The notes: generated by a model from the letters alone, not told the origin. A stretch of DNA of 64,000 nucleotides from Candidatus Eiseniibacteriota bacterium (GCA_963783375.1 CAWANH010000028.1:896001-960000), one strand, 5' to 3'; shown: positions 39,519-49,869, numbered from the stretch's first letter. Numbers and translations are program-made.

Positions 39519-40619
39519 ATGAAGGTTCCATTCGTTGACTTGAAGGCCCAGTACTCATCCATCAAGAACGACGTCGACGCCGCCATGGCCAAGGTGATCC
39601 AGAACACCGCCTTCATCGGCGGCGATGAGGTGAGGGAGTTCGAAAAGGCCTTCGGTCAGGCGTGCAACCGGAACTTCTGTGTCGGCGTTGGAAACGGGAC
39701 CGACGCGTTGTTCATCGCCATGATGGGCCTTGGAATCGGTTCGGGCGACGAGGTCATAACCGCTGCGAATTCCTTCATCGCGACATCGGAGGCGGTGACC
39801 CGGACGGGGGCGAAGGTCGTTTTCGTGGACGTCCAGGCCGAGACCTACACCCTCGATCCGCAGCTCGTGGAGAAGGCGGTGACCCCGAAGACGAAGGCGA
39901 TCCTTCCCGTCCACCTGTACGGACGGATGGCCGACATGAACGCCATTCTGGAAATCGCCGGAAGGCACAATCTGTTCGTGATCGAGGACGCGGCGCAGGC
40001 ACACCTCTGCCGGTACGAGGACCAAGTCGCCGGGAGCATGGGGGACGTCGCCTGTTTCAGCTTCTACCCCGGAAAGAACCTGGGGGCGTACGGCGACGGC
40101 GGAGCCATGGTAACCAATGACGAGGATCTGGCCAAGAGGATGCGGATGTTCGCCAATCACGGCCGGGTCTCGAAGTACGACCACGAGTTCGAGGGTGTGA
40201 ACAGCCGGCTGGACGGGCTGCAGGTGGCGGTTCTGCGGATCAAGCTCGGGCATCTGCAGGAATGGAACGACCGGCGATACCGGAACGCTCTCTTGTACAA
40301 GAAGTATCTCGAGGGTGTCGACGGCGTCGTCCTGCCGGAGATTCCCGCCGCCGGTTCCCACATCTTTCACCTGTTCGTCGTCCGCGTGAAGAACCGCGAC
40401 GAATTGCAATCGTATCTCAAGGAAAAAGGTGTCGCTACCGGCGTTCACTACCCGATCGCCCTGCCGAACTTGCTGGCCTACCGGTATCTCGATCATGCGC
40501 CATCGGACTTCCCGGTATCCAGCCGGTATCAGGGGGAGATCCTGAGCCTGCCCATGTATCCCGAGCTTCGCGAGGAACAGATCGCGTACGTGGCCGAGTG
40601 CATTAGGAGCTACGCCTGA
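39519..40619 (+). CDS. DegT/DnrJ/EryC1/StrS sugar aminotransferase (WbpE/WlbC-like)
   Basis: VPFVDL, GNGTDAL, PVHLYG, EDAAQAH, SFYPGKNLGAYGDGG, NSRLD. Confidence 0.9.
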   Translation: MKVPFVDLKAQYSSIKNDVDAAMAKVIQNTAFIGGDEVREFEKAFGQACNRNFCVGVGNGTDALFIAMMGLGIGSGDEVITAANSFIATSEAVTRTGAKVVFVDVQAETYTLDPQLVEKAVTPKTKAILPVHLYGRMADMNAILEIAGRHNLFVIEDAAQAHLCRYEDQVAGSMGDVACFSFYPGKNLGAYGDGGAMVTNDEDLAKRMRMFANHGRVSKYDHEFEGVNSRLDGLQVAVLRIKLGHLQEWNDRRYRNALLYKKYLEGVDGVVLPEIPAAGSHIFHLFVVRVKNRDELQSYLKEKGVATGVHYPIALPNLLAYRYLDHAPSDFPVSSRYQGEILSLPMYPELREEQIAYVAECIRSYA

Positions 40620-41575
40620 TGTACAAGGGAAAGCGGGTAGCCCTGGTAATTCCGGCCTACAACGAAGCCCGGTTGATCAAGCCCACCCTGGAGGCCGTGC
40701 CACAACTCGTGGATACGGTCTACGTGGTCGACGATTGCAGTCCCGACGACCAGAACTCCGTCATCGCCGGATGCGCGGAGAAGGATCCCCGGATAAGACT
40801 GTTGAAGCACGAGGTCAACCAGGGACCGGGTGGCTCGATCATAACGGGATACCTTCAGTCGTCCCGGGACGATCACGATCTCACCGTGGTGGTCGGCGGG
40901 GACAATCAGATGCCTCTCGAGGAGATCGAGAATCTGCTCGACCCGCTTCTCGAGGGAAACGCCGACTACACCAAGGGCAACCGGTTCCTCCTGTCCACCC
41001 TGGAAGACACCCTGGGGAAGATGCCCAGGTTGAGGCTCGTGGGAAACTGGCTCATCACCGCATTGACCAAGGTGGCCTCGGGGTACTACAAGACGATGGA
41101 CGTGGTGGACGGGTACACGGCCATCACCAAGAGGGCGATTGACACGATCGACTGGTCGCGGGCGTGGAAGAAGTACGGATACCCCATGGACTTCCTCATC
41201 CGGCTCAATGCATACGGATTCAAGATCATCGACGTGCCGAGAACGGCGGTATATCTCCCCGGAGAACGCCAATCCCAGATCAAGAGTTTTGACTATGCAA
41301 TCAAGGTCTCCCCCATGCTAATCAGGAACATGGTGTGGCGCCTGAATTTCAAGTACTTCTATCGGGACTTCCATCCGCTCGTCTTCTTTTACTATCTGTC
41401 GTTCATACTGGTCCCCCTAGGCTTGATCTCCGGTCTGTACCTGGTTTTGAACAAGCTGTTCTTCGGCGGGGCCGGGGTCACGGGACCCCGATCCATCTTC
41501 GTGGCCCTCATGTTGATCTCCGGCCTTCAATTCCTGCTGTTCGCGATGCTGTTCGACATGGAAGAGGGCAAGTGA
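40619..41575 (+). CDS. GT2 glycosyltransferase (polyprenol-phosphate sugar synthase type, two C-terminal TMs)
   Basis: VIPAYNE, VVDDCS.D, N.G.G, KGNRF, GYTAI, two TMs at the C-terminus. Confidence 0.88.
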   Translation: MYKGKRVALVIPAYNEARLIKPTLEAVPQLVDTVYVVDDCSPDDQNSVIAGCAEKDPRIRLLKHEVNQGPGGSIITGYLQSSRDDHDLTVVVGGDNQMPLEEIENLLDPLLEGNADYTKGNRFLLSTLEDTLGKMPRLRLVGNWLITALTKVASGYYKTMDVVDGYTAITKRAIDTIDWSRAWKKYGYPMDFLIRLNAYGFKIIDVPRTAVYLPGERQSQIKSFDYAIKVSPMLIRNMVWRLNFKYFYRDFHPLVFFYYLSFILVPLGLISGLYLVLNKLFFGGAGVTGPRSIFVALMLISGLQFLLFAMLFDMEEGK

Positions 41576-42945
41576 CGGGGGGAAAGCCCCTGATTTCGAC
41601 CAACCGGGGTCGCCTCCTCCTGGCCCTGCTCGCCTGCCTCGCGATCAGAATCCTGTACGTCCATTTCCTGGGATGGCATTCGATTCCCCCCAACTCGGAC
41701 GCCCAAAGCTACAACGGGTACGCGTTGGCGATCCTGCAACAATCCGACTGGCTCACGCACCCCGGCTTCATGGGCGACTACCGCCCTCCCGTCTACCCCT
41801 TGTTCATCGCACTGGTCTACCGGCTCTTCGGAGAGGGGAACCTGTTCGCCGTCTTCTGCGCTCAATCCCTCATCGGTACTCTTACCGTGTACTACATCTT
41901 CAGGTTGTCGGCGGAGTTGTTCGGCGTGCGTCGCTCGGTGCTCGTTCTGATCTGGGCCGGGGTCTACTACTTTTACCTGTTCTACACGGGATTGCTCCTT
42001 CGGGAGACCCTGATCTTCTTCCTCATCGTCGTCCAGTTCTACCACCTGAAGCGGTTCTTCGACACCGGGCCCGGGCGGCGGGCCGTCTCCTCCCTCCACC
42101 TGTGGACGTTCCTGGTCGCGTTCGTTCTCCTGATACACACCGATGCCCGATATCTGTTCTACATTCCGTGTCTGGCGGCCTTGTTCGTCATATTCCGGGG
42201 TTTGAGAGCCGGGATCCGGGACTACGCGGTCATGGCCAGCCTTCTCCTGGTCCTGATGGTTCCCTGGTTGGTCAGGAACTACGTCGCCTACGGAGGAGTC
42301 GTCGTGGTGAACACCCGGACCCTCGACTTGAGGGGTTCACAAGCCAGCATGCGCCTGGAGCTGCTGAGTACGAAACCGCTGACCGAGGTGAAACAGGATC
42401 CTCACTGGCAGGCAAATCGAAACTACCCTACCGATCGAGAGAGAGCGGCGATCAAGAGCGGGGAGAATCCGAGCCACCGGAAGGCCTATGAGGTGCATAT
42501 GATCCGGAAGAACGAGTACCCCGCCTCGACCTTTCTGGGCAGGAAACTCTTCTACGCCCTCGAGATGTGGCGCCCCTTCCGGTTCGATTACAGCTACTCG
42601 CCGTTTCCCTCCGCTGCCATCGTCCCACCGTGGTCCATGAAGCACAATGTCGCCTCGATCCTCTTCTACGGCACGTTGCTGCCGTTCGCGGCCTTCGCCG
42701 TTGCCCTGCTGCTGCGCGAGGGACGGAGAGACGTTTGGTTCCTCCTCTTTCCAATCGTGGTGCAGTCGGTGATGCATTTGCTGACCTTCGGTCTCGAACG
42801 ATACCGGACCCACATCGATGCCTTCCTGCTGATCCTCGGCTGCTACGGCATCGTGGAGCTGGGGAGCCGACTCCGAAGCCGGAGGCGCTCCGCTGGCCTC
42901 CCCGGAGACGTTGCGGCCGACGGCGCCTCGGTGGGACGCTCCTGA
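41572..42945 (+). CDS. GT-C fold membrane glycosyltransferase (ArnT/PMT-like)
   Basis: First loop DA.SY...A, RPPVYP.F, LLRETL, PWLVRNY, RY near the C-terminus; many TMs. Confidence 0.8.
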   Translation: MTGGKPLISTNRGRLLLALLACLAIRILYVHFLGWHSIPPNSDAQSYNGYALAILQQSDWLTHPGFMGDYRPPVYPLFIALVYRLFGEGNLFAVFCAQSLIGTLTVYYIFRLSAELFGVRRSVLVLIWAGVYYFYLFYTGLLLRETLIFFLIVVQFYHLKRFFDTGPGRRAVSSLHLWTFLVAFVLLIHTDARYLFYIPCLAALFVIFRGLRAGIRDYAVMASLLLVLMVPWLVRNYVAYGGVVVVNTRTLDLRGSQASMRLELLSTKPLTEVKQDPHWQANRNYPTDRERAAIKSGENPSHRKAYEVHMIRKNEYPASTFLGRKLFYALEMWRPFRFDYSYSPFPSAAIVPPWSMKHNVASILFYGTLLPFAAFAVALLLREGRRDVWFLLFPIVVQSVMHLLTFGLERYRTHIDAFLLILGCYGIVELGSRLRSRRRSAGLPGDVAADGASVGRS

Positions 42946-42946
42946 C

Positions 42947-44881
42947 ATGTGCGGCATTGCGGGTGCATACCACTACGGGCGGCGAAAGCCGGTGGACTTC
43001 GCCGTGGTCAAGGGGATGTGCGAGAGCCTCATCCACCGCGGACCGGACGCGGAAGGCTATTTCCCGGCGGAGGGCGAGAACGACGGACGGGGCGCGGCCG
43101 GCGGGCGGGTCGCCCTGGGCATGCGCAGGCTGAGCATCATCGATCTGGAGACGGGGTTCCAGCCCATATTCAGCGAGGACAAGAGGTATGTGGTCTTCCA
43201 GAACGGGGAGATCTACAACTATCTCGAGTTGCGCGAGGTCCTGGAGAAGAAGGGGCATCGGTTCCATACGGAAAGCGATACGGAAGCGATCGTGCACCTG
43301 TTCGAGGAGCATGGAGAGGACGCCTTCACGTACCTGAACGGGATGTTCGCCATAGCGATATGGGATACGTCGAAAGAAATTCTATATTTGGCGAGGGATC
43401 GGTACGGTATCAAGCCCTTGTATTACACGGATCACGAAGGGGCGTTCATGTTCGCTTCGGAAATTCCCGCCCTACTCGAGGCGGGCGGGGTTTCCCGGGA
43501 GATCGACTGGACCGCCGTCGACGACTATTTCGCCCTGTACTACATAAACGCCCCCAAGACGATCTTCAAGCATATCCGCTGCCTGGAACCGGGCCACTAC
43601 ATGGTGATCGCCAAGGGGGGCGTCCGGAAATACGAATACTGGGACTTCGACTACACCGACAAGCTGAATCTGACGGAAGAGGAGTACGCGGAAGGCGTCA
43701 GAGAGCACCTCAAGGAGGCGGTGCGCAGGCAGCTTCGAAGCGATGTGCCGCTGGGGGTGTTCCTTTCGAGTGGGTTGGACTCGACCAGCGTGATGGCCTA
43801 CATGAGCCTTCTCAAAGACTCTTCGAAGGCGGGAAACGGTCCGCTCAAGAGCTACACGATCGGCTTCAAGGAGCGGACGTACGACGAACGCGGGCCTGTT
43901 CAATCGATCGTGAAGGCCTACGGATCGGATCACAGGGCGACGGAGATGGGTCCCGACTGCGTCCCTCAGTACCTGGAACAGATGATCACGAGGTTCGGAC
44001 AGCCGGTGGGGGCGTGGAATGCCGTCCCCCTGCTTCTGGTTTCCAGGCTGGCGAAGGAAGACGTCACCGTGGTGCTTACGGGGACCGGGGGCGACGAACT
44101 GTTCGGCGGGTACCCGACGCTCAGTGCCTACTCGATCAACAAGCTGTACTCGCGGTTTCCGGGGCCGGTGCGGAAAGCGGTCAAGTCCTTGTTGAACAAG
44201 ATTCCCCCCCAGTTCGAGAGGACAAGCTGGGAGTTCATGTTGAAGAGCCTCGTCAACGGCGCCGACCCGGATCCGTTCCGGGCTCATTTCAACTGGAAGC
44301 TCATATTCAATGCCGACGAGAAGGAGCGCTTGTACGGCTCGAAGTTGACGAACCTGGTAGGTGAGTACGAGGACTTCGACATATTCCGAAGGTACCTGGA
44401 CAAACTCGCGCGTTTCGAGGATCTGGAGCAGCTTCTCTATATGGACCAGAGGGTCTTCAACGCCGGCAACACGCTGCCGTTGACGGATTTGACCTCGATG
44501 ATGGTGTCTCTGGAGGCTCGGATTCCCTTCTTCGACAACGACCTCGTGGAGTTCGCGAGTCGGATCCCCATGAATCTGAAGGTGCGGGGGCTGCAGACGA
44601 AGTACATCCTGAGAAAGGCGATCATGCCCGTACTGCCCAAGGAGATCGTGGGCTTGAAGAAGATGGGGTTCGTCATTCCTGAAAACCGCTGGCTGGCCGA
44701 GGAACTGAAGGACTACGTGACGGGCTGGCTTCAACACGGGGTGATCCGAGACGGCGGGTTGTTCAACCCTGAGTACGTCGACCGGGTATTGGACGAGCAC
44801 GTTGGCTACAGGAGGGACCACGGCCGGAAGCTCCAGGCGCTGGTGTCCTTTTGCATCTGGTGGGAGCAATACGTTCGGTGA
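42947..44881 (+). CDS. asnB: Asparagine synthase-family glutamine amidotransferase (probably sugar-amidating)
   Basis: N-terminal MCGIAG, HRGPD, RRLSIID, NGEIYNY, DRYGIKPLY, LSSGLDS, G.GGDELFGGY. Confidence 0.92.
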   Translation: MCGIAGAYHYGRRKPVDFAVVKGMCESLIHRGPDAEGYFPAEGENDGRGAAGGRVALGMRRLSIIDLETGFQPIFSEDKRYVVFQNGEIYNYLELREVLEKKGHRFHTESDTEAIVHLFEEHGEDAFTYLNGMFAIAIWDTSKEILYLARDRYGIKPLYYTDHEGAFMFASEIPALLEAGGVSREIDWTAVDDYFALYYINAPKTIFKHIRCLEPGHYMVIAKGGVRKYEYWDFDYTDKLNLTEEEYAEGVREHLKEAVRRQLRSDVPLGVFLSSGLDSTSVMAYMSLLKDSSKAGNGPLKSYTIGFKERTYDERGPVQSIVKAYGSDHRATEMGPDCVPQYLEQMITRFGQPVGAWNAVPLLLVSRLAKEDVTVVLTGTGGDELFGGYPTLSAYSINKLYSRFPGPVRKAVKSLLNKIPPQFERTSWEFMLKSLVNGADPDPFRAHFNWKLIFNADEKERLYGSKLTNLVGEYEDFDIFRRYLDKLARFEDLEQLLYMDQRVFNAGNTLPLTDLTSMMVSLEARIPFFDNDLVEFASRIPMNLKVRGLQTKYILRKAIMPVLPKEIVGLKKMGFVIPENRWLAEELKDYVTGWLQHGVIRDGGLFNPEYVDRVLDEHVGYRRDHGRKLQALVSFCIWWEQYVR

Positions 44882-45300
44882 TCCCCGGGGGACCCGGACC
44901 TTCGACGGCGGGGTGGGGTCCTGCGTGGGGACCGCGGCCGGGCTGGAAGGGGACTACCCGCTCTGGTGCGGCGTCCACCCCCACGAGGCCGACTTCCCGT
45001 GGTATGCGGAGACCTACGGTTACGGCAACAACCGGTTCGTCTGCCGGGAGCGCGGGTTCACCACCGATGGGAGCGGCGCGGTGAGCCTGGGGTTCGACTA
45101 CCGGGTGGACCTCCCGAGCGCCGCCGGCTCCTAGACGATCAGGTTCCGGGTGAGCTCCTACGGCGCCCATTCCGACCAGGACGGGTTCAACCCCGCCGCC
45201 CGCAGCGCCCTGGCCCTGGACGAGGTTTCGGTCCAGGGCGGGGGTTCCCACTTCGCCGACTTCGAAGGCGGGGTCGACGGGTGGTTTCTGAGCCCGACCC
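44882..45300 (+). pseudogene. Remnant of a secreted beta-sandwich protein gene
   Basis: One frame reads LWCG...GYGNN, an in-frame TAG at 45132-45134, then IRFRVSS.GA.SDQDG...LDEVSV.GG....DFEGG..GW. No start codon or signal peptide. Confidence 0.5.
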
Positions 45301-45442
45301 GGGGGGCCCGATTTCCGAGCCCCCGGCTTCCCGATTGGTACCCGCCGGGGATTCGTGGCACAATACCCGGCTGGCGCCGGGGGGGCGAGGAACCCCGGCG
45401 CTCGCCGTCTGAAACGAAATCCTCCCGGGTCCGCGGGCCACG

Positions 45443-46249
45443 ATGATCGACACCCACTGCCATTTCTCCCATCCGGATTTCGACCCCGACCGCGAGGCGG
45501 TGATCGAGCGCTGCCTGGCCGGCGGCGTGGCCGCGGTCCTGGAGGTGGGGTACTCCGCGGAGTCGAGCCGGAAGGCGGTGGACCTGGCGCGCCTCCACCC
45601 CCTCCGGTTCCGGGCCTCGGTGGGGATCCACCCCCACGAGGCGGGCCGCTTCACCGAGGACGAGTTCCGGGCCGTGGAGGCCATGACCGCCGAGCCCGAG
45701 GTCATCGCGATCGGTGAGACCGGGCTCGACTTCTATCGCGACTGGGCGCCCAAGGACAAACAGCTCGAGCTCTTCGCCCGCACCGTGCGCCTGGCCCGCG
45801 ATCGCGACCTTCCCCTGGTCGTTCACGATCGCGAGGCCCACGACGAGACGCTCCGGATCCTGGAAGCCGAAGGCGAGCGGAAGGTGCGGGGGATCTTCCA
45901 CTGTTTCTCCGGCGACCGCGACGTGGCCGACCGGGCCGTGGACTTGGGGTTCTACCTGGGGCTGGGGGGGAGCATCACCTACATGAACCCGCGAAAGAAG
46001 AAGGGCCGGATGATCGGAGAGCTTCCCCTGGACCGCATCCTGCTGGAGACCGACGCCCCCTGGCTCGCGCCGGTTCCGGAGAAGGGGACGCGGAACGATC
46101 CGGCCAAGATGCGCTACGTGGTGGCCCGCCTGGCCGAATCCCAGGGGGTGTCCGAGGCGGAGATCGTCCGCCGCACCAGCCGGAACGTGGCCACGCTCTT
46201 CCCTCATGCCGCCCCCTGGCCCCCGGCCGACGATGCCCCCCAGGCGTAA
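45443..46249 (+). CDS. tatD: TatD family hydrolase
   Basis: IDTHCH, GIHPH, IGETGLD, H.REA, HCFSG, LETDAP. Confidence 0.93.
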   Translation: MIDTHCHFSHPDFDPDREAVIERCLAGGVAAVLEVGYSAESSRKAVDLARLHPLRFRASVGIHPHEAGRFTEDEFRAVEAMTAEPEVIAIGETGLDFYRDWAPKDKQLELFARTVRLARDRDLPLVVHDREAHDETLRILEAEGERKVRGIFHCFSGDRDVADRAVDLGFYLGLGGSITYMNPRKKKGRMIGELPLDRILLETDAPWLAPVPEKGTRNDPAKMRYVVARLAESQGVSEAEIVRRTSRNVATLFPHAAPWPPADDAPQA

Positions 46250-47213
46250 CCGCCCCGACGTCGCCTCGGGGGGAGGCGGCCGGAGGCGCGACCGCGGCCG
46301 GTCCGGGCCGGGAGGAGCCCACGAAGACCGCCCCCGCCGTCCCCGCGCCAAGAAGCGCTTCAGCCAGAACTTCCTGGTGGACACGAACATGGCGCGGAAG
46401 ATCGTGGACCTCTGCCAGATCCGCCCCGGGGACACGGTGATCGAGATCGGGGCGGGGACCGGGGCGTTGACCGGGCTCCTCCTCGATCGGGCGGCCCGGG
46501 TCCACGCGGTGGAGGTGGACCGGGAACTTTTCGCCGGGCTTCGGGTGCAATTCGAGTCGGAGCCGCGGCTTACGCTTCACGAAGGCGACATCCTGAAGCT
46601 TCGGGTGCGCGACCTCGTCCCCGAAGGGAACGCGGTGGTGGTGGGAAACCTCCCCTACAACATCACCGCCGATCTCGTGCTCTGGCTTCTCGATCAGTAC
46701 ACGGATATCCGCCGGGCGGTGGTCCTCATGCAGCGGGAGGTGGCCCGGCGGCTCACCGCGGAACCCGGGGAGCGCGAGGCGGGAAGCATGACCCTGGTCG
46801 TGAACTACCGGGCCGAGGCCGAACGGGTTCTGGACGTACCCCCGAGTTGCTTCCGTCCCATCCCCAAGGTGACCTCGAGCCTGGTGGCGTTCCGGTTCCG
46901 CGATCGGCCCGCGGTCCGGCCCCTCGACGAACCGCGGTTCTTCCGGGTGATCCGGGCGGCGTTCGGGGAGCGGCGGAAGACCCTGGTGAACGCGCTCGCC
47001 GCCGGCCTGGGCGAGCCGCGGGAGCGGATCGAGCAGGTGGTGGCCGCGGCCGGGCTCGACCCCCGGGTGCGGGGGGAGCGCCTCACCCTGGAGGATTTCC
47101 GGCGCCTGGCCGATCACCTGGGGGAGCCGGACCCGAACGGGGACGACACCGCGGCAAAGCCCCGGGAAACGGGGTCGGAGACGGATCCATCGGCGGAGGA
47201 AGGCCAAGGGTGA
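46206..47213 (+). CDS. rsmA: 16S rRNA adenine dimethyltransferase
   Basis: KKRFSQNFL, EIGAG.G.LT, GNLPYNI, MQREVA.R, F.ERRKTL.N. Start may be 46233. Confidence 0.93.
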   Translation: MPPPGPRPTMPPRRNRPDVASGGGGRRRDRGRSGPGGAHEDRPRRPRAKKRFSQNFLVDTNMARKIVDLCQIRPGDTVIEIGAGTGALTGLLLDRAARVHAVEVDRELFAGLRVQFESEPRLTLHEGDILKLRVRDLVPEGNAVVVGNLPYNITADLVLWLLDQYTDIRRAVVLMQREVARRLTAEPGEREAGSMTLVVNYRAEAERVLDVPPSCFRPIPKVTSSLVAFRFRDRPAVRPLDEPRFFRVIRAAFGERRKTLVNALAAGLGEPRERIEQVVAAAGLDPRVRGERLTLEDFRRLADHLGEPDPNGDDTAAKPRETGSETDPSAEEGQG

Positions 47214-49225
47214 CACGGTTGGCGAGGAGCAGGCCGGGGACGTTCCGCGCGCGCGGCCCTCGGGGCGATGCCCGCTCGTCCCGGCGCTCGACGCTCGTTT
47301 GGGATCAGGGCCGTCCCCCGGGTCGCGCGCTCCCGGTCCTTGTCCCGTTCGCGCTTCTGGCCTGCCTGCTCACCGCGCCCCGGCCCGCGGCCTCCCAACC
47401 CCGCGGACAGGCCCAGGCCGACTCCAGCCGAGTGACCCAGATCATGCAGACCCTGAGCCCCAGCTACTCCACCGGCTACCAGGTCGCCCGCCAGCGGACG
47501 ATCTGGAGCCAGGACTTCAACTTCGGGACCGGCTTCGGGTTCATGAACTTCAACAACAAGACGAGCTTCTCGATCCGCCACGACAGCGACCGGAACGAGG
47601 AGACCCGGGACGGGAGCAACTCCACCGATCTCCGGTGGTACTTCATCCCGGGGCTTCCCATCACCAGCAGCATGAAGCTCGGACGGCTCTCCATCACCCG
47701 GCCCGAGAGCCAGACCGAGACCAACAACTCGGGATTGAACCTCTCGGCCCGGTACCAGAAGAATCTCCTCGGAATCGATCACGTCCTGGACGGCGGGGTA
47801 GGATACAACCGGCGGACGGATCTGAACGTCATCGCCGACGGCCGCTCCCGCACCCAGGATGCGGGCGTCAACGGGAGCATGAACTGGAAGGGCTCGTGGT
47901 CCCCGTCCGACCCGCTGACGCTGAACGCGCACTACCAGGAGTCCCGAACCCAGAAACGGCTGCAGCTCGAATCCACCGACGGCTCGGTGGACAAGCGGCC
48001 CAGTTCCAGCCGGAGTCGCACCACCGGCGCCGACCTGGGCTACGAGCCCGTCTCCTGGCTCAGCGCCACCGTTTCCGCCAACGACGTCACCAAGCGCGAC
48101 GAGTTCTTCCGGGCCCAGGAGGAGGCGCTGGAGAAGCAGGTGAGCGGGAGCACCAATCTCTCCGGGCAGTTCAGCATGAAGCGGCCGGGCAAGGCCCTCT
48201 TGGAACTGGGTCCCCTCCAGGTCTCCGAGATGAGCGCGGACCTCTCCTACAACGCCCACGACCTGACCTTTCAGGTACGCCCCGACGTTGCCTCCTCGGG
48301 GAATACCGCTTCCTGGAAGGGGCGCACGAAGGGAAGCATGCTCGGAACGTCGATCGAGGGGAGCCTGGCCAACGAAAACTCCCGTCTGGAGCCCGCGACC
48401 AGCGATACGACCGTGACCTATACCCACACCTTCGAAGGGAAGCTGAGTCGAAGCCTCTCCTCGAAGATCAGCGTGCGGTTCGACTGGCTGGTCCGGTCCA
48501 CCCAGGTCTTCTTCGAGACCTTCGACCCCAAGGATCGCCTGGACCGGGACGAGCTCAAGACCAAGTTCCAGCCCGCCCTCACCTACACCCCGAACAAGAG
48601 GTGGTCGGTGACCGCCTCCTATATCCGGACCGGCTCCCGGCAGATCCAGCTCAACCCCGCCCGGGCCAGCCAGACCCGGGACGACGTGGACTACAGCGTG
48701 GACATGGCGATCCGCTGCCAGGTGAGCACCCGGACCTCTTTCACCCAGAACTACTCGATCAAGGCCCGCTACACCACCCTGGACTTCAACCCCTCCGGGA
48801 ACCAGCTCATCGCCACCCAGCGCATCATCACCAGCGTGCGCTCGCAGATCACCCCCCGGGTGAAGCTCTCCATGGACCACCGCTTCACCCTTCAGGATTC
48901 GGGCCCGTTCAGTTTCGGCCCGGGGGGAGAGCGGCTCTTCGGGCGCTCGGTCCGGAAGTACACCCAGGAGATGAAGCCCCACGTCGAGTATCAGATCACT
49001 CCCTGGGGATCGATCTACGTCAACTCGACTTTCCGCCGGATCGACAACGACAACGAGCTGAGCCGGAGCCGGGCCACCGCCCGGACCCTGGAGCTGGAGG
49101 AGGGGTTCAAGGTGACGCGGGAGGTGGGGGCCGGGGTAGACTTGCAGGCCACCGGGAGTTTCAACCGGAGCAACGTCCGGGACTCCTACTGGAACATCAC
49201 CTCGAAGCTGAGCAAGGACTTCTAG
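47210..49225 (+). CDS. Predicted outer-membrane beta-barrel protein, family unknown
   Basis: Signal peptide ending PAAS-Q; alternating amphipathic S/T-rich strands throughout; C-terminal YWNITSKLSKDF ending in Phe. Start uncertain. Confidence 0.72.
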   Translation: MTRLARSRPGTFRARGPRGDARSSRRSTLVWDQGRPPGRALPVLVPFALLACLLTAPRPAASQPRGQAQADSSRVTQIMQTLSPSYSTGYQVARQRTIWSQDFNFGTGFGFMNFNNKTSFSIRHDSDRNEETRDGSNSTDLRWYFIPGLPITSSMKLGRLSITRPESQTETNNSGLNLSARYQKNLLGIDHVLDGGVGYNRRTDLNVIADGRSRTQDAGVNGSMNWKGSWSPSDPLTLNAHYQESRTQKRLQLESTDGSVDKRPSSSRSRTTGADLGYEPVSWLSATVSANDVTKRDEFFRAQEEALEKQVSGSTNLSGQFSMKRPGKALLELGPLQVSEMSADLSYNAHDLTFQVRPDVASSGNTASWKGRTKGSMLGTSIEGSLANENSRLEPATSDTTVTYTHTFEGKLSRSLSSKISVRFDWLVRSTQVFFETFDPKDRLDRDELKTKFQPALTYTPNKRWSVTASYIRTGSRQIQLNPARASQTRDDVDYSVDMAIRCQVSTRTSFTQNYSIKARYTTLDFNPSGNQLIATQRIITSVRSQITPRVKLSMDHRFTLQDSGPFSFGPGGERLFGRSVRKYTQEMKPHVEYQITPWGSIYVNSTFRRIDNDNELSRSRATARTLELEEGFKVTREVGAGVDLQATGSFNRSNVRDSYWNITSKLSKDF

Positions 49226-49227
49226 TT

Positions 49228-49869
49228 ATGGAGACAAAGCGGGGACGGGGAACCCGGGGGGCGGCCCGGGGTTCAATCTGGGGAGCCGGGGTTCTGCTCC
49301 TGGCCGGGCTCGTCGGGTGCGGGTTCTTCTCGATCCGGGACCCGATCCGGCCCCCGGGAACGGGAGTGGGCTGTCCCCAACACGCGGCCAGCTCGCCGGA
49401 TAGCGTGCTCTTCAACTTCGGGGCCGCCATGGGGTGCAAGGGGGACGGGACCAGCTTCTACGAGCAGGCGCTGGGGCCGGACTTCGTTCTGGTCCTGGAT
49501 CAGCTGGACGTCATATCGCTCCAGCTCCCGGATTCCCTGAATCGGAACCAGGATCTCCAGGCCCACGAGATCATCGTGTCCGCGGAGCCGGACTCGTTCC
49601 ATTTCGCCTTCGCGGCGGTGACCGCTCAGCGGGGCACCGACGGCCAGGGGAACTCGTACGCGTTTTTCGAGAACATGCCCTACAGTCTGCAATTCATTGG
49701 AACATCCGGGGATACGACAGTCGTGAACCAGACCTACTCCGGAAGAGTGGACCTCACCGTGACGGAGGAAACCGCGGCCAACTGGGTATTCAGCCGATGG
49801 AAGGACTATCGGGACGACTCCGGCAACCCCACCCTGGGGTCCCTGCACGCCGGCAGAGCCCCCCTGTAG
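49228..49869 (+). CDS. Hypothetical lipoprotein (NTF2-like, distant relative of the downstream array)
   Basis: Lipobox LVGC; SSPDSVLFNF..A......Y...L..DF; W....W.D near the C-terminus. Confidence 0.75.
   Translation: METKRGRGTRGAARGSIWGAGVLLLAGLVGCGFFSIRDPIRPPGTGVGCPQHAASSPDSVLFNFGAAMGCKGDGTSFYEQALGPDFVLVLDQLDVISLQLPDSLNRNQDLQAHEIIVSAEPDSFHFAFAAVTAQRGTDGQGNSYAFFENMPYSLQFIGTSGDTTVVNQTYSGRVDLTVTEETAANWVFSRWKDYRDDSGNPTLGSLHAGRAPL

Noticed and set aside
37468-45442. Calling the sugar cassette a mobile element
   Set aside because: No integrase, transposase, tRNA target or flanking direct repeats seen; only composition and synteny suggest acquisition.
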